From: Calditrichales bacterium
GTDB taxonomy: Bacteria; Calditrichota; Calditrichia; Calditrichales; J004
NCBI GenBank assembly: GCA_015493745.1
Contig: WGCN01000056.1
Coordinates: 51,888 to 115,887, forward strand
DNA: 64,000 bases
Reading direction: 5' to 3'
The position numbers and the translations under genes were made by a program. The notes under the pieces were generated by a model. It saw only the letters and a program-made list of their open reading frames with translations, was not told the origin of the DNA and searched no databases. Numbering within the stretch: position 1 is the first letter of the stretch; each line of letters opens with the position of its first letter. This document shows positions 10,501-19,646 of this stretch, piece by piece.

Positions 10501-11680
10501 ACATCTTCCCGGTTTAATGTATGCAAACGAAACGGGACATATTCATCTTCAGGGGCGTAGCGGTCAACCCTATTTTTATTTTGCCGGGCCGATCAGGCAT
10601 CCGACGGTTTTCGGAGAGGTGGTTCTTAATAATTCACAGGTCACCTTTCCTTTTGTCGTCAGCGGTAAGCCCGGGAAAAGGAAAAGCCCCGTGCAGGAGT
10701 TTTTGGCAAATATGGAGTGGGATATTCTGGTACGTGCCGGAAAGGATGTCAGTTACCGCCGGGATATCCCGGCCTATATCGATAATGTGCGCGCGGAATT
10801 AACCGTCGACGAGGGCAGTCCGGGTTTAGACTTTACAGGAATCATAAAAAAGGGTACATTCAGACCTCAGGGAAGTCTTGTTTCCAGCCGGGGAAGGCTG
10901 GAGTATCTCGATTTAAACTTTAAAGTAGATCGCTTTAATATCAGTTTTAACCGAAATGAGCAGATGCCCGAGGTTTCCGGACGTGCCTGGACCACAATCC
11001 GTGACAGTGTGGGCGCCATCCCCAAGACCATATATCTTCAATTATATGCCGTGGATCCCAAAACGGGAAACGAACGGCGGCAGGGTAATTGGGAGGATTT
11101 TAAATTTAAACTTGTTTCGGCGGATCCAACAATTGGAGAAACCCAGGAACAAGTTATGGCTTATCTGGGTTACTCTGCTGAAAATATCCGGCAAAAGGCC
11201 ACAACCGTGGGCGGCGCGATTACCGAGCGCTATCTGATACGGCCTTTATTGCGTCCCCTGGAAAAAGCTCTGGAAAATAATTTAGGTATTGATTTAGTGC
11301 GATTTAATTCGAATATTGCCCGGAATTTATTTTATTCCAGTGTGGGCAGGCAGGTCGGGGGAAATAAAAACTCGATTATCAACCCTTTTTATTCGGGGAA
11401 CTCATATCTGTACCTGATGTCCAGTTCGGAAGTGACGCTGGGAAAGTATTTATCGGAAAACTTATACCTATCCTACACGGGCCAGTTGGTATCCGTGTAT
11501 GATAATACGGAAACAGGATTTGATTTTAACCATTCGATCGGTTTGGAATACCGCTTTTTCAGAAATATGCTCATCGAATTCGAATGGGACCGGGAACTTA
11601 TGAGTTACTACAATTTTGCCAACCAACGGCAATATCTTGAGGATTTTAAGATTCGCTTCAGGCATTCATTCACATTCTAA
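7547..11680 (+). CDS. tamB: TamB/AsmA-like (DUF490) translocation and assembly module protein
   Basis: 1377 aa, N-terminal TM anchor, beta-strand-rich body, C-terminal LGKYLSENLYLSY...IGLEYRF pattern; directly upstream of bamA. Confidence 0.75.
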   Translation: MKRIFIIIAITITFLGILISASPFILQLTGLDEPLKKRLLEKVFPDEENAVLELDDFTIGINGISIDQISYISEDGSLELLIDAIEINLDVINLFRHKAGLNNLISRIHIDKPRLILHYRHQEEEGAKPISAGTRIPAEKIEYLLKQTPDILVHSGKVILAGSDGSYFSIAQNLDGALTVEDSLITLSGGVLSSQEKNFNMRAHYNLRDANFRAEVEIKDYVVNNNIAARFSREFTDAFNLHNGRIAGKLKARGQFASLDSLVLNGQLHLEDISGDLSGTAFDSLSCLVNVRNNSLAIDEGRLSFQNTPVSFSAGIKNIFHPVIAGRIYNEAIRIRNIPAFSTLPWDSGYVSLRAQYRFDRELTVKGLVLAPDFLFAGSRFSNLKINWDYAGKQLRLEDLRLNSIFGAFSGRGRYDLPTQALSMELDAKNYSQQHLVFDKLSNAGHDMGLRLNVNFKNGYVNGRWHYALVRTDTLWSTFGAIKGNGKNLKISTRYSSDKDFKFDALVSDYLSDPKISYMDISDFPFHRMTSDPLVHSLRKKIRTTAHLSGTINDLRGALLFRKKNRPDTLFSATTHILNLTGEKHSLKGEISVGQLIGEYSVDISRSFLGSYFNFENTLKGDFFIDLNQPSTLSGNIKLNHFKLYKLAGLKPGDDYKTQAYLDGKVNISGSLKEPRLDGYISGDRFVFNDQGYFKPELKIRVNRTRLAVDTLNIFQNNRPILTGRATWHFLNDQIFGYAGGDNIDLATIFKAMGLSGEVLTGDAAYNFSLKGTSRRPFMQAGINVNNGMLNNIAFDRLTLKVDDRLDSTGTFLNPDAHILEIEDFSLVKSGRYHLYGVGTLPLSANREMDIALKFDGDIFHYLNHWVPFFRDGASFSDINAKLRGRRNDLKLVAADITIDRGELWLADVARHVQDISTHIVLEEGSGKVDIKHFTAFVDNEYLKIHTVRDLPVVDGRKLKHWNFKGLGLDFGILAMETSGEGVNIHLPGLMYANETGHIHLQGRSGQPYFYFAGPIRHPTVFGEVVLNNSQVTFPFVVSGKPGKRKSPVQEFLANMEWDILVRAGKDVSYRRDIPAYIDNVRAELTVDEGSPGLDFTGIIKKGTFRPQGSLVSSRGRLEYLDLNFKVDRFNISFNRNEQMPEVSGRAWTTIRDSVGAIPKTIYLQLYAVDPKTGNERRQGNWEDFKFKLVSADPTIGETQEQVMAYLGYSAENIRQKATTVGGAITERYLIRPLLRPLEKALENNLGIDLVRFNSNIARNLFYSSVGRQVGGNKNSIINPFYSGNSYLYLMSSSEVTLGKYLSENLYLSYTGQLVSVYDNTETGFDFNHSIGLEYRFFRNMLIEFEWDRELMSYYNFANQRQYLEDFKIRFRHSFTF

Positions 11681-11700
11681 TATTGATTATGGAGGAGAAC

Positions 11701-14034
11701 GTGCGAAAGATATTCGCTCTGTTGATTATAAATATTGTTTTGATTTTTTCCGTACAGGTTCAATCTCAATCACAAAATATCGTTATTAACACCATTACCG
11801 TGGAAGGCAATAAAAGCGCCGACGCCAGTACCATCCGTCTGAACTCCGGCTTGGCCATCGGTGAAAGCATTACCGGTGACGACATCCAAAAGGCCATTAA
11901 AAACCTGTGGGGTTTAAATATTTTTGAAGATATACAAATTTATATCGTCAATCAGTCTATGGATGGCATTGATCTTTTGATCCGGGTAAAAGAATACCCC
12001 CGCCTGCGTTCGGTGATCATCAAGGGAAATGAAGAGCTGTCCGAGGATGAAGTAAAAGAGGCCCTGCAAACTTACCGGGGCATGGTCATTTCGCCATATA
12101 AAATTTCCCGGATGAAACAGCGCCTGCTCAAAAAATATACGGAAGAAGGCTTTTTGCTGGCCCAGGTAAACATAGATACGCTAAAAGCGGCCAAGGGGCG
12201 GGTTAACCTGATGGTGAATATCAAGGAAGGTTTTGAGGTGCAGATTGAAAAGATTACCTTCCACGGCAATAAAAACATTGAAAGTGATGATTTGCGGGAT
12301 GCCATGGAAGACACCCAGGAAGACCGCTGGTGGCGTTCCGCCGATTTTAACGCAAAAAAATATGAGGCGGATAAGGCCCTGGTCATTCAATATTATAAGG
12401 ATCACGGCTACCGTGACGCGGATATTGTCAGGGACTCTCTCTATTACAGCGAGGATAAACGCAATCTTTTTATAGATATCTGGGTGTATGAAGGTAACAA
12501 GTATTATTTTGGCGATATTGCCTTTAAGGGCAATGAAATTTTCTCCGACGAGGAACTGGCGGCTTCACTGGATATCCAAAAGGGTGATGTCTATGACCAG
12601 AAAAAATATGACGAAGGTATCCGTGACCGTCTGAGAAACATGTATTACAATCAGGGCTATCTCTTTGCCAGTATTATCCCGCAGGAGGTGCCCGTTCATA
12701 ACGACACCCTGAATGTGACCTTCAATATCAGTGAAGGCACCGTGGTGCGCATAAAGTCCATTCTGATTACAGGAAATACCAAAACCAGTGAAAAGGTAAT
12801 CCGCCGGGAATTTAAAATACATCCGGGCGATGTGTTCAACAATGCCAAGCTGGAGCGCTCCATCCGCGATTTGATGGTGTTAAATTATTTTACACAGAAT
12901 ATCCGGCCGGATGTGAAGCTTATTCCCAATGATCCCAAACATGTGAATTTAAGCATCCAGGTAGAGGAAAAATCCACCGATACGGCCAACATGTCCGCCG
13001 GTTACAGCCAGCGGGACGGCCTGATCGGCAGTATTGGTCTTACGTTCAATAACTTCTCCCTGGCTCATCCGACGGCAGGGGGCGACGGACAACGTTTGGT
13101 TTTTGACTGGCAATTCGGACGTATCTATCGTTCCATATCGGTAAGCTTTACCGAGCCCTGGATGTTCGATACCCCGACGCTGGCGGGCTTCTCACTGTTT
13201 AATACCCGTTCCGGTGGCGGTTTTTACCCCTGGGATCGCCGCGACCTCGGTGGCACCATTCGTATCGGACGCCGGTTTTACTGGCCCGATAACTATTTTC
13301 GCGGTGACTGGGTTATTCGCGCGGCGGAAACTTCCATCACCAATATCCGGGATACGGAGCTGCAACGCCGTTATGAGGAACTGGGGACGGCCGGGAATAC
13401 AAGTCAGCTCAGCCTGACACAAATCATCTCCCGGGACAGCCGTAACAGCGCGGAATTTCCCACCAGCGGTTCCACCCACTCTTTGAGTTTACAGCTTTCC
13501 GGCGGGCCACTGGGCGGCGACCAGCACTTCTTTAAAACCCAGTTCTCATCGGAATGGTTTATTCCCCTGCCATTTAAACTCGTTCTTTATACCCAGAATA
13601 AGTTCGGCATTTTGAACCAATTGCGAAAAGATTCATTTATCCTGTTTGGAGAGTACTTCTACATGGGGGGCAGCGGATTGGGATTCGCCGAAGGTTTGCG
13701 CGGGTATGATGATGGTCAGGTGGGGCCTTTGACCTCTGCCGGCCGCCCGATCGGTGGCAAGTCCATGATAAAAACCACCGTGGAGCTGCGTTTTCCCATC
13801 GCCCCTAATCCAACCATATTCGGACTTTTGTTTGCCGAGGGGGGCAATGCCTGGGAAGATATCAGACAAACCAATCCCTTTGAATTACGCCGTTCCGTGG
13901 GCGCGGGTGTGCGTCTGTTTATGCCCCTGGTGGGTATTATCGGTATCGATTTCGGCTATGGTTTTGACTACTATGACGCAACCGGAAAACGAACCGGCGA
14001 TTGGAAGGTGCACTTTCAATTTGGAAGGTTCTAA
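11701..14034 (+). CDS. bamA: Outer membrane protein assembly factor BamA
   Basis: POTRA repeats, LRGY motif and C-terminal FQFGRF. Start placed at GTG 11701 behind GGAGGAG (the ORF track starts at TTG 11683). Confidence 0.95.
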   Translation: MRKIFALLIINIVLIFSVQVQSQSQNIVINTITVEGNKSADASTIRLNSGLAIGESITGDDIQKAIKNLWGLNIFEDIQIYIVNQSMDGIDLLIRVKEYPRLRSVIIKGNEELSEDEVKEALQTYRGMVISPYKISRMKQRLLKKYTEEGFLLAQVNIDTLKAAKGRVNLMVNIKEGFEVQIEKITFHGNKNIESDDLRDAMEDTQEDRWWRSADFNAKKYEADKALVIQYYKDHGYRDADIVRDSLYYSEDKRNLFIDIWVYEGNKYYFGDIAFKGNEIFSDEELAASLDIQKGDVYDQKKYDEGIRDRLRNMYYNQGYLFASIIPQEVPVHNDTLNVTFNISEGTVVRIKSILITGNTKTSEKVIRREFKIHPGDVFNNAKLERSIRDLMVLNYFTQNIRPDVKLIPNDPKHVNLSIQVEEKSTDTANMSAGYSQRDGLIGSIGLTFNNFSLAHPTAGGDGQRLVFDWQFGRIYRSISVSFTEPWMFDTPTLAGFSLFNTRSGGGFYPWDRRDLGGTIRIGRRFYWPDNYFRGDWVIRAAETSITNIRDTELQRRYEELGTAGNTSQLSLTQIISRDSRNSAEFPTSGSTHSLSLQLSGGPLGGDQHFFKTQFSSEWFIPLPFKLVLYTQNKFGILNQLRKDSFILFGEYFYMGGSGLGFAEGLRGYDDGQVGPLTSAGRPIGGKSMIKTTVELRFPIAPNPTIFGLLFAEGGNAWEDIRQTNPFELRRSVGAGVRLFMPLVGIIGIDFGYGFDYYDATGKRTGDWKVHFQFGRF

Positions 14035-14087
14035 CAATTTACCTAAATTTGTAAGCTATAATATTTAAAGATCATAAGGAGGCCTAA

Positions 14088-14612
14088 GTGAAAATATCAA
14101 AGATTTCACTCATCAGTATCATTACTTTATCCATGTTCGCGGGTGTATTTGCCCAGAAATTTGCGTATGTAAATTCACAAAAAATATCGATGGAATATCA
14201 AGAATCGGTTGATGCGCAAAATAAATTCAAAGAGCTGCAAAATCAGACGCAGGTCAACTATGAGAAAATGGTTAAGGAGTATCAAACCCTGGCCAACGAA
14301 ATAGAGTCTCAAAGTCTTTTGCTGAGTCCGGAAAAAAAGCAGGAAAAGATGAAGCTTGCTCAGCAAAAAGCCATGGAAGTGGAACGCTTCAAATATGAAA
14401 AACTGGGCCCGCAGGGCGAGCTGTACAAAAAACAGGCCGAACTGCTTCAACCCGTTATCGACAAGATAAACGCCGCTATCCAAAAAGTTGGTGAAGAAGA
14501 AGGCTATGATATGATTTTTGACGGTTCCGCGGGTATTTTATATGCCAATCCGGGACTGGATATCACCCAGAAGGTATTGGATGAGTTAAACTCCGGAAAG
14601 AGCAAGAAGTAA
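14088..14612 (+). CDS. skp: OmpH/Skp periplasmic chaperone
   Basis: Signal peptide, KFAYVN, helical body, GYDMIFD..ILYA...DIT..VL; located between bamA and lpxD. Confidence 0.93.
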   Translation: MKISKISLISIITLSMFAGVFAQKFAYVNSQKISMEYQESVDAQNKFKELQNQTQVNYEKMVKEYQTLANEIESQSLLLSPEKKQEKMKLAQQKAMEVERFKYEKLGPQGELYKKQAELLQPVIDKINAAIQKVGEEEGYDMIFDGSAGILYANPGLDITQKVLDELNSGKSKK

Positions 14613-14616
14613 AGCG

Positions 14617-15663
14617 ATGCGCATGACCTTAAGTGAAATTGCGCAGCTTATAAACGGAGAGCTACACGGTGCGGGCGATGTGCTTATATCCGGTCCGGCA
14701 AAAATAGAAGAGGCCGGTGACGGGGAAATAAGCTTCATATCCAGCAAAAAGTATAAACACTTTCTGGACTCCACCCGGGCCGCGGCCCTGATCGTTGATC
14801 AGGAGTATGACAATCTTAAAACACCTCATATACGCGTTAAGGATGCGTATGTGGGGTTTTTGTATGTATTAAAAGCCTATGCCCCCGAAAAAACACACAG
14901 TTTTGAAGGTATCTCTCCCAAGGCACATATAGAGAAGAGCGCCACTATCGGTGAAGATTGCGCTATTGCCCCCCTGGTTTTCGTCGGCGAAAACTGTCGT
15001 ATCGGTAAAAGATGCGTGCTGCATCCCGGTGTGGTTTTATCCGGCCATGTTACCGTTGGGGATGATTGCATTCTCTACCCCAATGTCTCCGTGAGGGAAA
15101 ATTGCGTTATCGGTAACCGGGTCATCATACACAATGGCAGCGTGATCGGCAGCGACGGTTTTGGTTTCGCTCCCCAGAAAGACAAATACATCAAAATCCC
15201 CCAGATAGGCCATGTGGTTATCGGAGATGATGTGGAACTGGGGGCCAATGTCACCATCGACAGGGCTACCATGGGGACGACGGTTATCGAGAAGGGCGTT
15301 AAGCTGGATAATCTGGTGCAGGTGGCGCATAACTGTATTATCGGCGCGCATACGGTCATTGCCGCGCAAAGCGGGGTTGCCGGAAGCACTAAAGTGGGCA
15401 GGCATGTAACCGTGGCCGGGCAGGTCGGAATCAATGGCCACATAACCGTGGGTGACAATAATATCATTGGTGCCAAATCGGGCGTAACCAAGTCGACTAA
15501 AAATGACGAGATTTTGTTAGGTATGCCTGCCGTACCCATGATGCAGAAAAAGCGGATCGATGTAAGCCTGAAGCATTTGCCGGATACGATGAAGAAAATA
15601 AACAACCTGGAAAATGAAATAATCGAACTACGGGAACTAATAGAGAAAATTCATGGCAGATAA
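14617..15663 (+). CDS. lpxD: UDP-3-O-acylglucosamine N-acyltransferase
   Basis: Hexapeptide repeats, [26 protein letters not shown]. Confidence 0.97.
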   Translation: MRMTLSEIAQLINGELHGAGDVLISGPAKIEEAGDGEISFISSKKYKHFLDSTRAAALIVDQEYDNLKTPHIRVKDAYVGFLYVLKAYAPEKTHSFEGISPKAHIEKSATIGEDCAIAPLVFVGENCRIGKRCVLHPGVVLSGHVTVGDDCILYPNVSVRENCVIGNRVIIHNGSVIGSDGFGFAPQKDKYIKIPQIGHVVIGDDVELGANVTIDRATMGTTVIEKGVKLDNLVQVAHNCIIGAHTVIAAQSGVAGSTKVGRHVTVAGQVGINGHITVGDNNIIGAKSGVTKSTKNDEILLGMPAVPMMQKKRIDVSLKHLPDTMKKINNLENEIIELRELIEKIHGR

Positions 15664-17062
15664 GCAGCAAACAATAAAAAAAGCGGTCTCTTTTGAAGGC
15701 AGAGGCTTGCATACCGGGAATAAAACCACCATAACTTTTAAACCTGCTCCAGATAATTACGGACGTAAATTCATACGCACCGATGTGGAAAATTCTCCGG
15801 AAATCGAAGCCCTGGTGGAAAATGTCACCCAAAACGACGGTGTAGACAGCTTGCGCGGAACAACCCTGCAGGTGGACGGGGTGGAAGTACACACCGTGGA
15901 GCATGTGCTGGCGGCGCTGGTGGGCCTGGAAATCGATAACGTACGTATTGAACTGAATGCCAATGAACCGCCGATTGGTGATGGCTCCGCTTCACCTTTT
16001 GTCGAGCTCCTGCTGGAAGCCGGTATAGAGGAACAGGAGGCGGACAGGGACTATCTGGTGGTTAATGAAACGGTAGACTATGTGGTTGAGGAACGGGGTA
16101 TTGAACTGGTGGCCCTGCCGACGGATGATTACCGTTTGACGGTGATGATTGATTTCCAGAATCCGGCTCTGGGCAGTCAGCATACCGGTCTGTTTAATCT
16201 GCGCAAGGAATTCATCAAGGAGTTTGCCCCGGCCCGTACCTTTTGCTTTCTTCATGAAGTCGAGGGGCTGATCGATCAGGGGCTGATAAAAGGGGGCGAT
16301 CTGGACGCCGCCATGGTCATTGTCGATCGTGATCTTAGCGCGGATGATATTAGCCGGCTACGCAAGGCACTCAATATTTCGGAAGATATCTCCCTGGGTA
16401 GCTCCGGGGTGTTGAATGATAAAAAATTCCGCTTTAAGAACGAACCCTGCCGACATAAGCTGCTTGACCTGATGGGGGATCTGGCCCTGACCGGAGTAAG
16501 TATTAAGGCGCAGATACTGGCCGCCCGTCCCGGACACAAGAGCAATATCGAGTTCGCGCGGATATTACGAAACCTCTATAAAAAACAACAACTTACGCGA
16601 AAATTCCAGGATGTGGATAAAAAAGATGTCATCTTTGACATCAACGCCATTAAAAAAATATTGCCCCATCGTTATCCTTTTCTGCTGGTGGATACCATCG
16701 TGGAACTGGAGCCGGGTGAACGGGCCGTTGGGGTAAAGAATGTCACGGTCAACGAACCCTTTTTCCCGGGGCACTTTCCGGGAAGGCCGGTGATGCCCGG
16801 CGTTTTGCAGATTGAAGCCATGGCTCAGGTGGGCGGTATCCTTTTGCTGAACAATGAAACAGAAGTGGGTACCAAGCTGGTATTTTTTATGGGTATTGAT
16901 AACGCCAAGTTCCGCAAAACGGTATTGCCCGGTGATCAACTGGTAATGGAGCTTGTGATGTTGAAGGCGCGACGGAATACCTTTAAAATGGCCGGTAAGG
17001 CCTATGTAAAGGGACAGTTGGTCTGTGAGGCGGAAATGATGGCAATCGTGGTGGATAAATAA
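15653..17062 (+). CDS. lpxC-fabZ: Bifunctional LpxC deacetylase / FabZ dehydratase
   Basis: LpxC motifs [18 protein letters not shown] and GHKSN, followed by Fab[12 protein letters not shown] and [19 protein letters not shown]. Confidence 0.97.
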   Translation: MADKQQTIKKAVSFEGRGLHTGNKTTITFKPAPDNYGRKFIRTDVENSPEIEALVENVTQNDGVDSLRGTTLQVDGVEVHTVEHVLAALVGLEIDNVRIELNANEPPIGDGSASPFVELLLEAGIEEQEADRDYLVVNETVDYVVEERGIELVALPTDDYRLTVMIDFQNPALGSQHTGLFNLRKEFIKEFAPARTFCFLHEVEGLIDQGLIKGGDLDAAMVIVDRDLSADDISRLRKALNISEDISLGSSGVLNDKKFRFKNEPCRHKLLDLMGDLALTGVSIKAQILAARPGHKSNIEFARILRNLYKKQQLTRKFQDVDKKDVIFDINAIKKILPHRYPFLLVDTIVELEPGERAVGVKNVTVNEPFFPGHFPGRPVMPGVLQIEAMAQVGGILLLNNETEVGTKLVFFMGIDNAKFRKTVLPGDQLVMELVMLKARRNTFKMAGKAYVKGQLVCEAEMMAIVVDK

Positions 17063-17838
17063 TGACGGAAATTCATCCTACAGCAATAATCGATCCGGGA
17101 GCCCAAATCGCCGATGATGTTTCCATCGGCCCCTATACCGTGGTGGAAAACGATGTGATCATCGCCGAGGGCAGCCGTATCGGGCCCCATGTGTTGTTGG
17201 GTAACGGTACGCGTCTGGGGAAGAACTGTACGGTCTTTAAAGGGGCCTCTCTGGGCACTATTCCTCAGGATTTAAAATTCGGTAACGAAAAAACATATCT
17301 GGAAGTAGGTGGTCACACCACCATACGGGAGTTCGCCACCCTGAACCGGGGAACCAGCCACAGTCTGACGACACGGGTTGGCAGCCACTGCCTGCTAATG
17401 GCTTATACCCATGTGGCGCATGATTGCCAACTGGGTAATCATGTTATCCTGTCCAATGCCGTTAATCTGGCCGGGCATGTGCTTATCGAGGACTATGTGG
17501 GCATAGGCGGAATGACGCCGGTGCACCAGTTTACCCATATCGGGGCCTACAGTTTTATCGGTGGTGGGCTGCGTATCAATAAAGACGTACCTCCTTACAT
17601 TTTGGCCATGGGTGATCCGCTAAAATTCGGCGGCCTCAATTCCATCGGCTTGAAACGGCGCGGTTACTCTTCCGACCAGTTGTCTGTTATTAAGAAAGTC
17701 TACAATATCATTTACCGTCAGGCCTATACCGTTAAGGAAGCCATAAGCGAGATACGCCGTCAGTTTATGGACAGTGCCGAGGCGGAGCATATCGCCTCCT
17801 TTTTGGAAAACAGTGAACGGGGTATTATCCGATTATAA
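17062..17838 (+). CDS. lpxA: UDP-N-acetylglucosamine O-acyltransferase
   Basis: IHPTAIID start, PQDLKF, TLNRGT, HVAHDC, VHQF. Confidence 0.97.
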   Translation: MTEIHPTAIIDPGAQIADDVSIGPYTVVENDVIIAEGSRIGPHVLLGNGTRLGKNCTVFKGASLGTIPQDLKFGNEKTYLEVGGHTTIREFATLNRGTSHSLTTRVGSHCLLMAYTHVAHDCQLGNHVILSNAVNLAGHVLIEDYVGIGGMTPVHQFTHIGAYSFIGGGLRINKDVPPYILAMGDPLKFGGLNSIGLKRRGYSSDQLSVIKKVYNIIYRQAYTVKEAISEIRRQFMDSAEAEHIASFLENSERGIIRL

Positions 17839-18629
17839 TGCGCTTGCCATTTAACTCCATAAGGATTGTTCCTTATCGCCGCTACCGGGGCGTGGAAAAC
17901 ATGGCTATCGACCGTTATCTGGTGGATTGGGCCGTCGAGCAGCAGATGCCGGTATTACGCTTTTACGGCTGGAATCCGTGGTGCCTTTCGTTGGGCCGGC
18001 ATCAATGCGCCGAAGATGTGGATATCGCTTCCCTGGAAAAAGAAGGATATGAGCTGGTACGGCGGCCCACCGGCGGCAGCGCCATTTTTCATTCCGGCGA
18101 GCTTACCTACAGCTTTGTCATGCCCCGGCAGGGACAGATGGATCATCATGGGCTGTATGAATGGTTACATGAGCATTTGAGCGGTGCTCTGAAAAAAGAA
18201 GGCTATGAGGTAGAGCTTAGCAACCGCACTCCCGGTGAAAACTATTTAAAGGGAGGCAAGGATGTCTTTGCCTGCTTTAACCGCAAGGCAAAGTCTGAAA
18301 TTCACCATGAAGGCCGTAAGGTGGTCGGCTCGGCACAAAAAATTTTTCGTGAGGCGATATTGCAACACGGTTCCGTGATGTTAACTGAAACACACCGTAT
18401 AATTTTATCCTTCCTTAAATTAGGCCCGGAACAACAAAGGGAACAGCAGCGTATTTTGGTGGAGAATTCCGTGGCCCTGACGACCATAAAAAGCGGAGAG
18501 GTGAATCCCACAGTCATAGGTGATTCCCTTTTAAGCACTTTAAGCGGTTATACCCTGGCCGTAAAGAATTTGTCGGACAGGGAGTTGGAAGCGGCAAAAA
18601 TATTTTTCAATGAATTTTTAATAAATTAG
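17838..18629 (+). CDS. Lipoate-protein ligase family protein (LipM/LplA-like)
   Basis: NMAID, LRFYGW, LSLG, VRRPTGGSAIFH, KVVGSAQ and LQHGS motifs. Confidence 0.9.
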   Translation: MRLPFNSIRIVPYRRYRGVENMAIDRYLVDWAVEQQMPVLRFYGWNPWCLSLGRHQCAEDVDIASLEKEGYELVRRPTGGSAIFHSGELTYSFVMPRQGQMDHHGLYEWLHEHLSGALKKEGYEVELSNRTPGENYLKGGKDVFACFNRKAKSEIHHEGRKVVGSAQKIFREAILQHGSVMLTETHRIILSFLKLGPEQQREQQRILVENSVALTTIKSGEVNPTVIGDSLLSTLSGYTLAVKNLSDRELEAAKIFFNEFLIN

Positions 18630-18635
18630 GGATAT

Positions 18636-18665
18636 TTGCGCCGATTCCACCATCCGTTGTATATT
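18636..18665 (+). promoter_or_regulatory. Putative sigma70 promoter for the beta-barrel gene
   Basis: TTGCGC-18nt-TATATT upstream of an SD (CAGGAGG) and ATG 18694. Confidence 0.4.
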
Positions 18666-18693
18666 CCCGCAACCCAATATTTCAGGAGGACCT

Positions 18694-19521
18694 ATGAAAC
18701 TAATATTTTTATCTCTTCTCAGTCTTTTCTTGCTGATCGGAACAACATCCGCTCAAAGTGATCTTGATTTCACAAATTTCTCCAGTTTGGATGCCCTGGC
18801 GGATGACATGGACGGCATCAATAACGCTGCCTATGCCGGTATGAATGTTCTGGATTGGACCGATGCCAGTGGTCCGACGCTGTTCCGTATCAGCGCGGGT
18901 GTTTTTTTGGGAGTAGGCTCTTTTGATCAAAATCCGGCCATCGGACTAACCGAGGACGGTTATCTTCCGGCGGGCATCGGCCTGCAGGCCGGTTTCGGAA
19001 CCATGGGCTTTGAAGCCTATGCCCGTTATTTTCCTGAAACAGAAGTGCAGGGGCTGTCCCTGCAGGTGTTGGGTTTTGGTCTGAAATATGAATTATCCGA
19101 TCTGATTCCGATACCGGCTTTTCCGGCCATTGCCATATTTGCCGACTATAATACCATGGGCTTTGCCATAAATGCCAGCCGGGATGTTTATCTTTCCGAT
19201 GGCGTAACCAAGGCCGGTACGGTGGATTCCGGTATCGATCTGCAGTTCTCCAGTATAAATATTGGCGCGATGATCAGCTATGACCTGCTGTTGATACGTG
19301 TATACGCCAAGGCCGCTTATGATATTGGTAAAACCGATGTCAGTTGGATCTATGCCACGGCAAGCTCGGTGGGCTCCGTTCAGGAGTCTTCACAAACGGG
19401 AACTCTGGATAATGCCGCATTGAGGCTGGCGGCCGGTGTTTCCATCTTTGGTATTAAAGCCGAAGTGGGTACCCGTAACGGCAGCCAGTTCGCGGGTTTG
19501 GGTTACGGAATCGCATTCTAA
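18694..19521 (+). CDS. Predicted outer-membrane beta-barrel protein (DUF6588-like)
   Basis: Signal peptide, alternating amphipathic strands, C-terminal GLGYGIAF beta-signal. The family name is from recollection of the ARYFPE..GFGLKY pattern. Confidence 0.65.
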   Translation: MKLIFLSLLSLFLLIGTTSAQSDLDFTNFSSLDALADDMDGINNAAYAGMNVLDWTDASGPTLFRISAGVFLGVGSFDQNPAIGLTEDGYLPAGIGLQAGFGTMGFEAYARYFPETEVQGLSLQVLGFGLKYELSDLIPIPAFPAIAIFADYNTMGFAINASRDVYLSDGVTKAGTVDSGIDLQFSSINIGAMISYDLLLIRVYAKAAYDIGKTDVSWIYATASSVGSVQESSQTGTLDNAALRLAAGVSIFGIKAEVGTRNGSQFAGLGYGIAF

Positions 19522-19533
19522 ACTATTTCACAC

Positions 19534-19569
19534 GGCCCGGTATTTTCCTTGGGGCACCGGGCCTGTTTT
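19534..19569 (+). terminator. Putative intrinsic terminator
   Basis: GGCCCGGT/ACCGGGCC 8-bp stem followed by TGTTTT, just after the stop at 19521. Confidence 0.5.
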
Positions 19570-19646
19570 ATTACCAATTTTGAAACTATTTCTTATAACT
19601 CTTGTTTAGTCAAAGCTGTTATCACACAATTTAAAAAGAAGTTATT

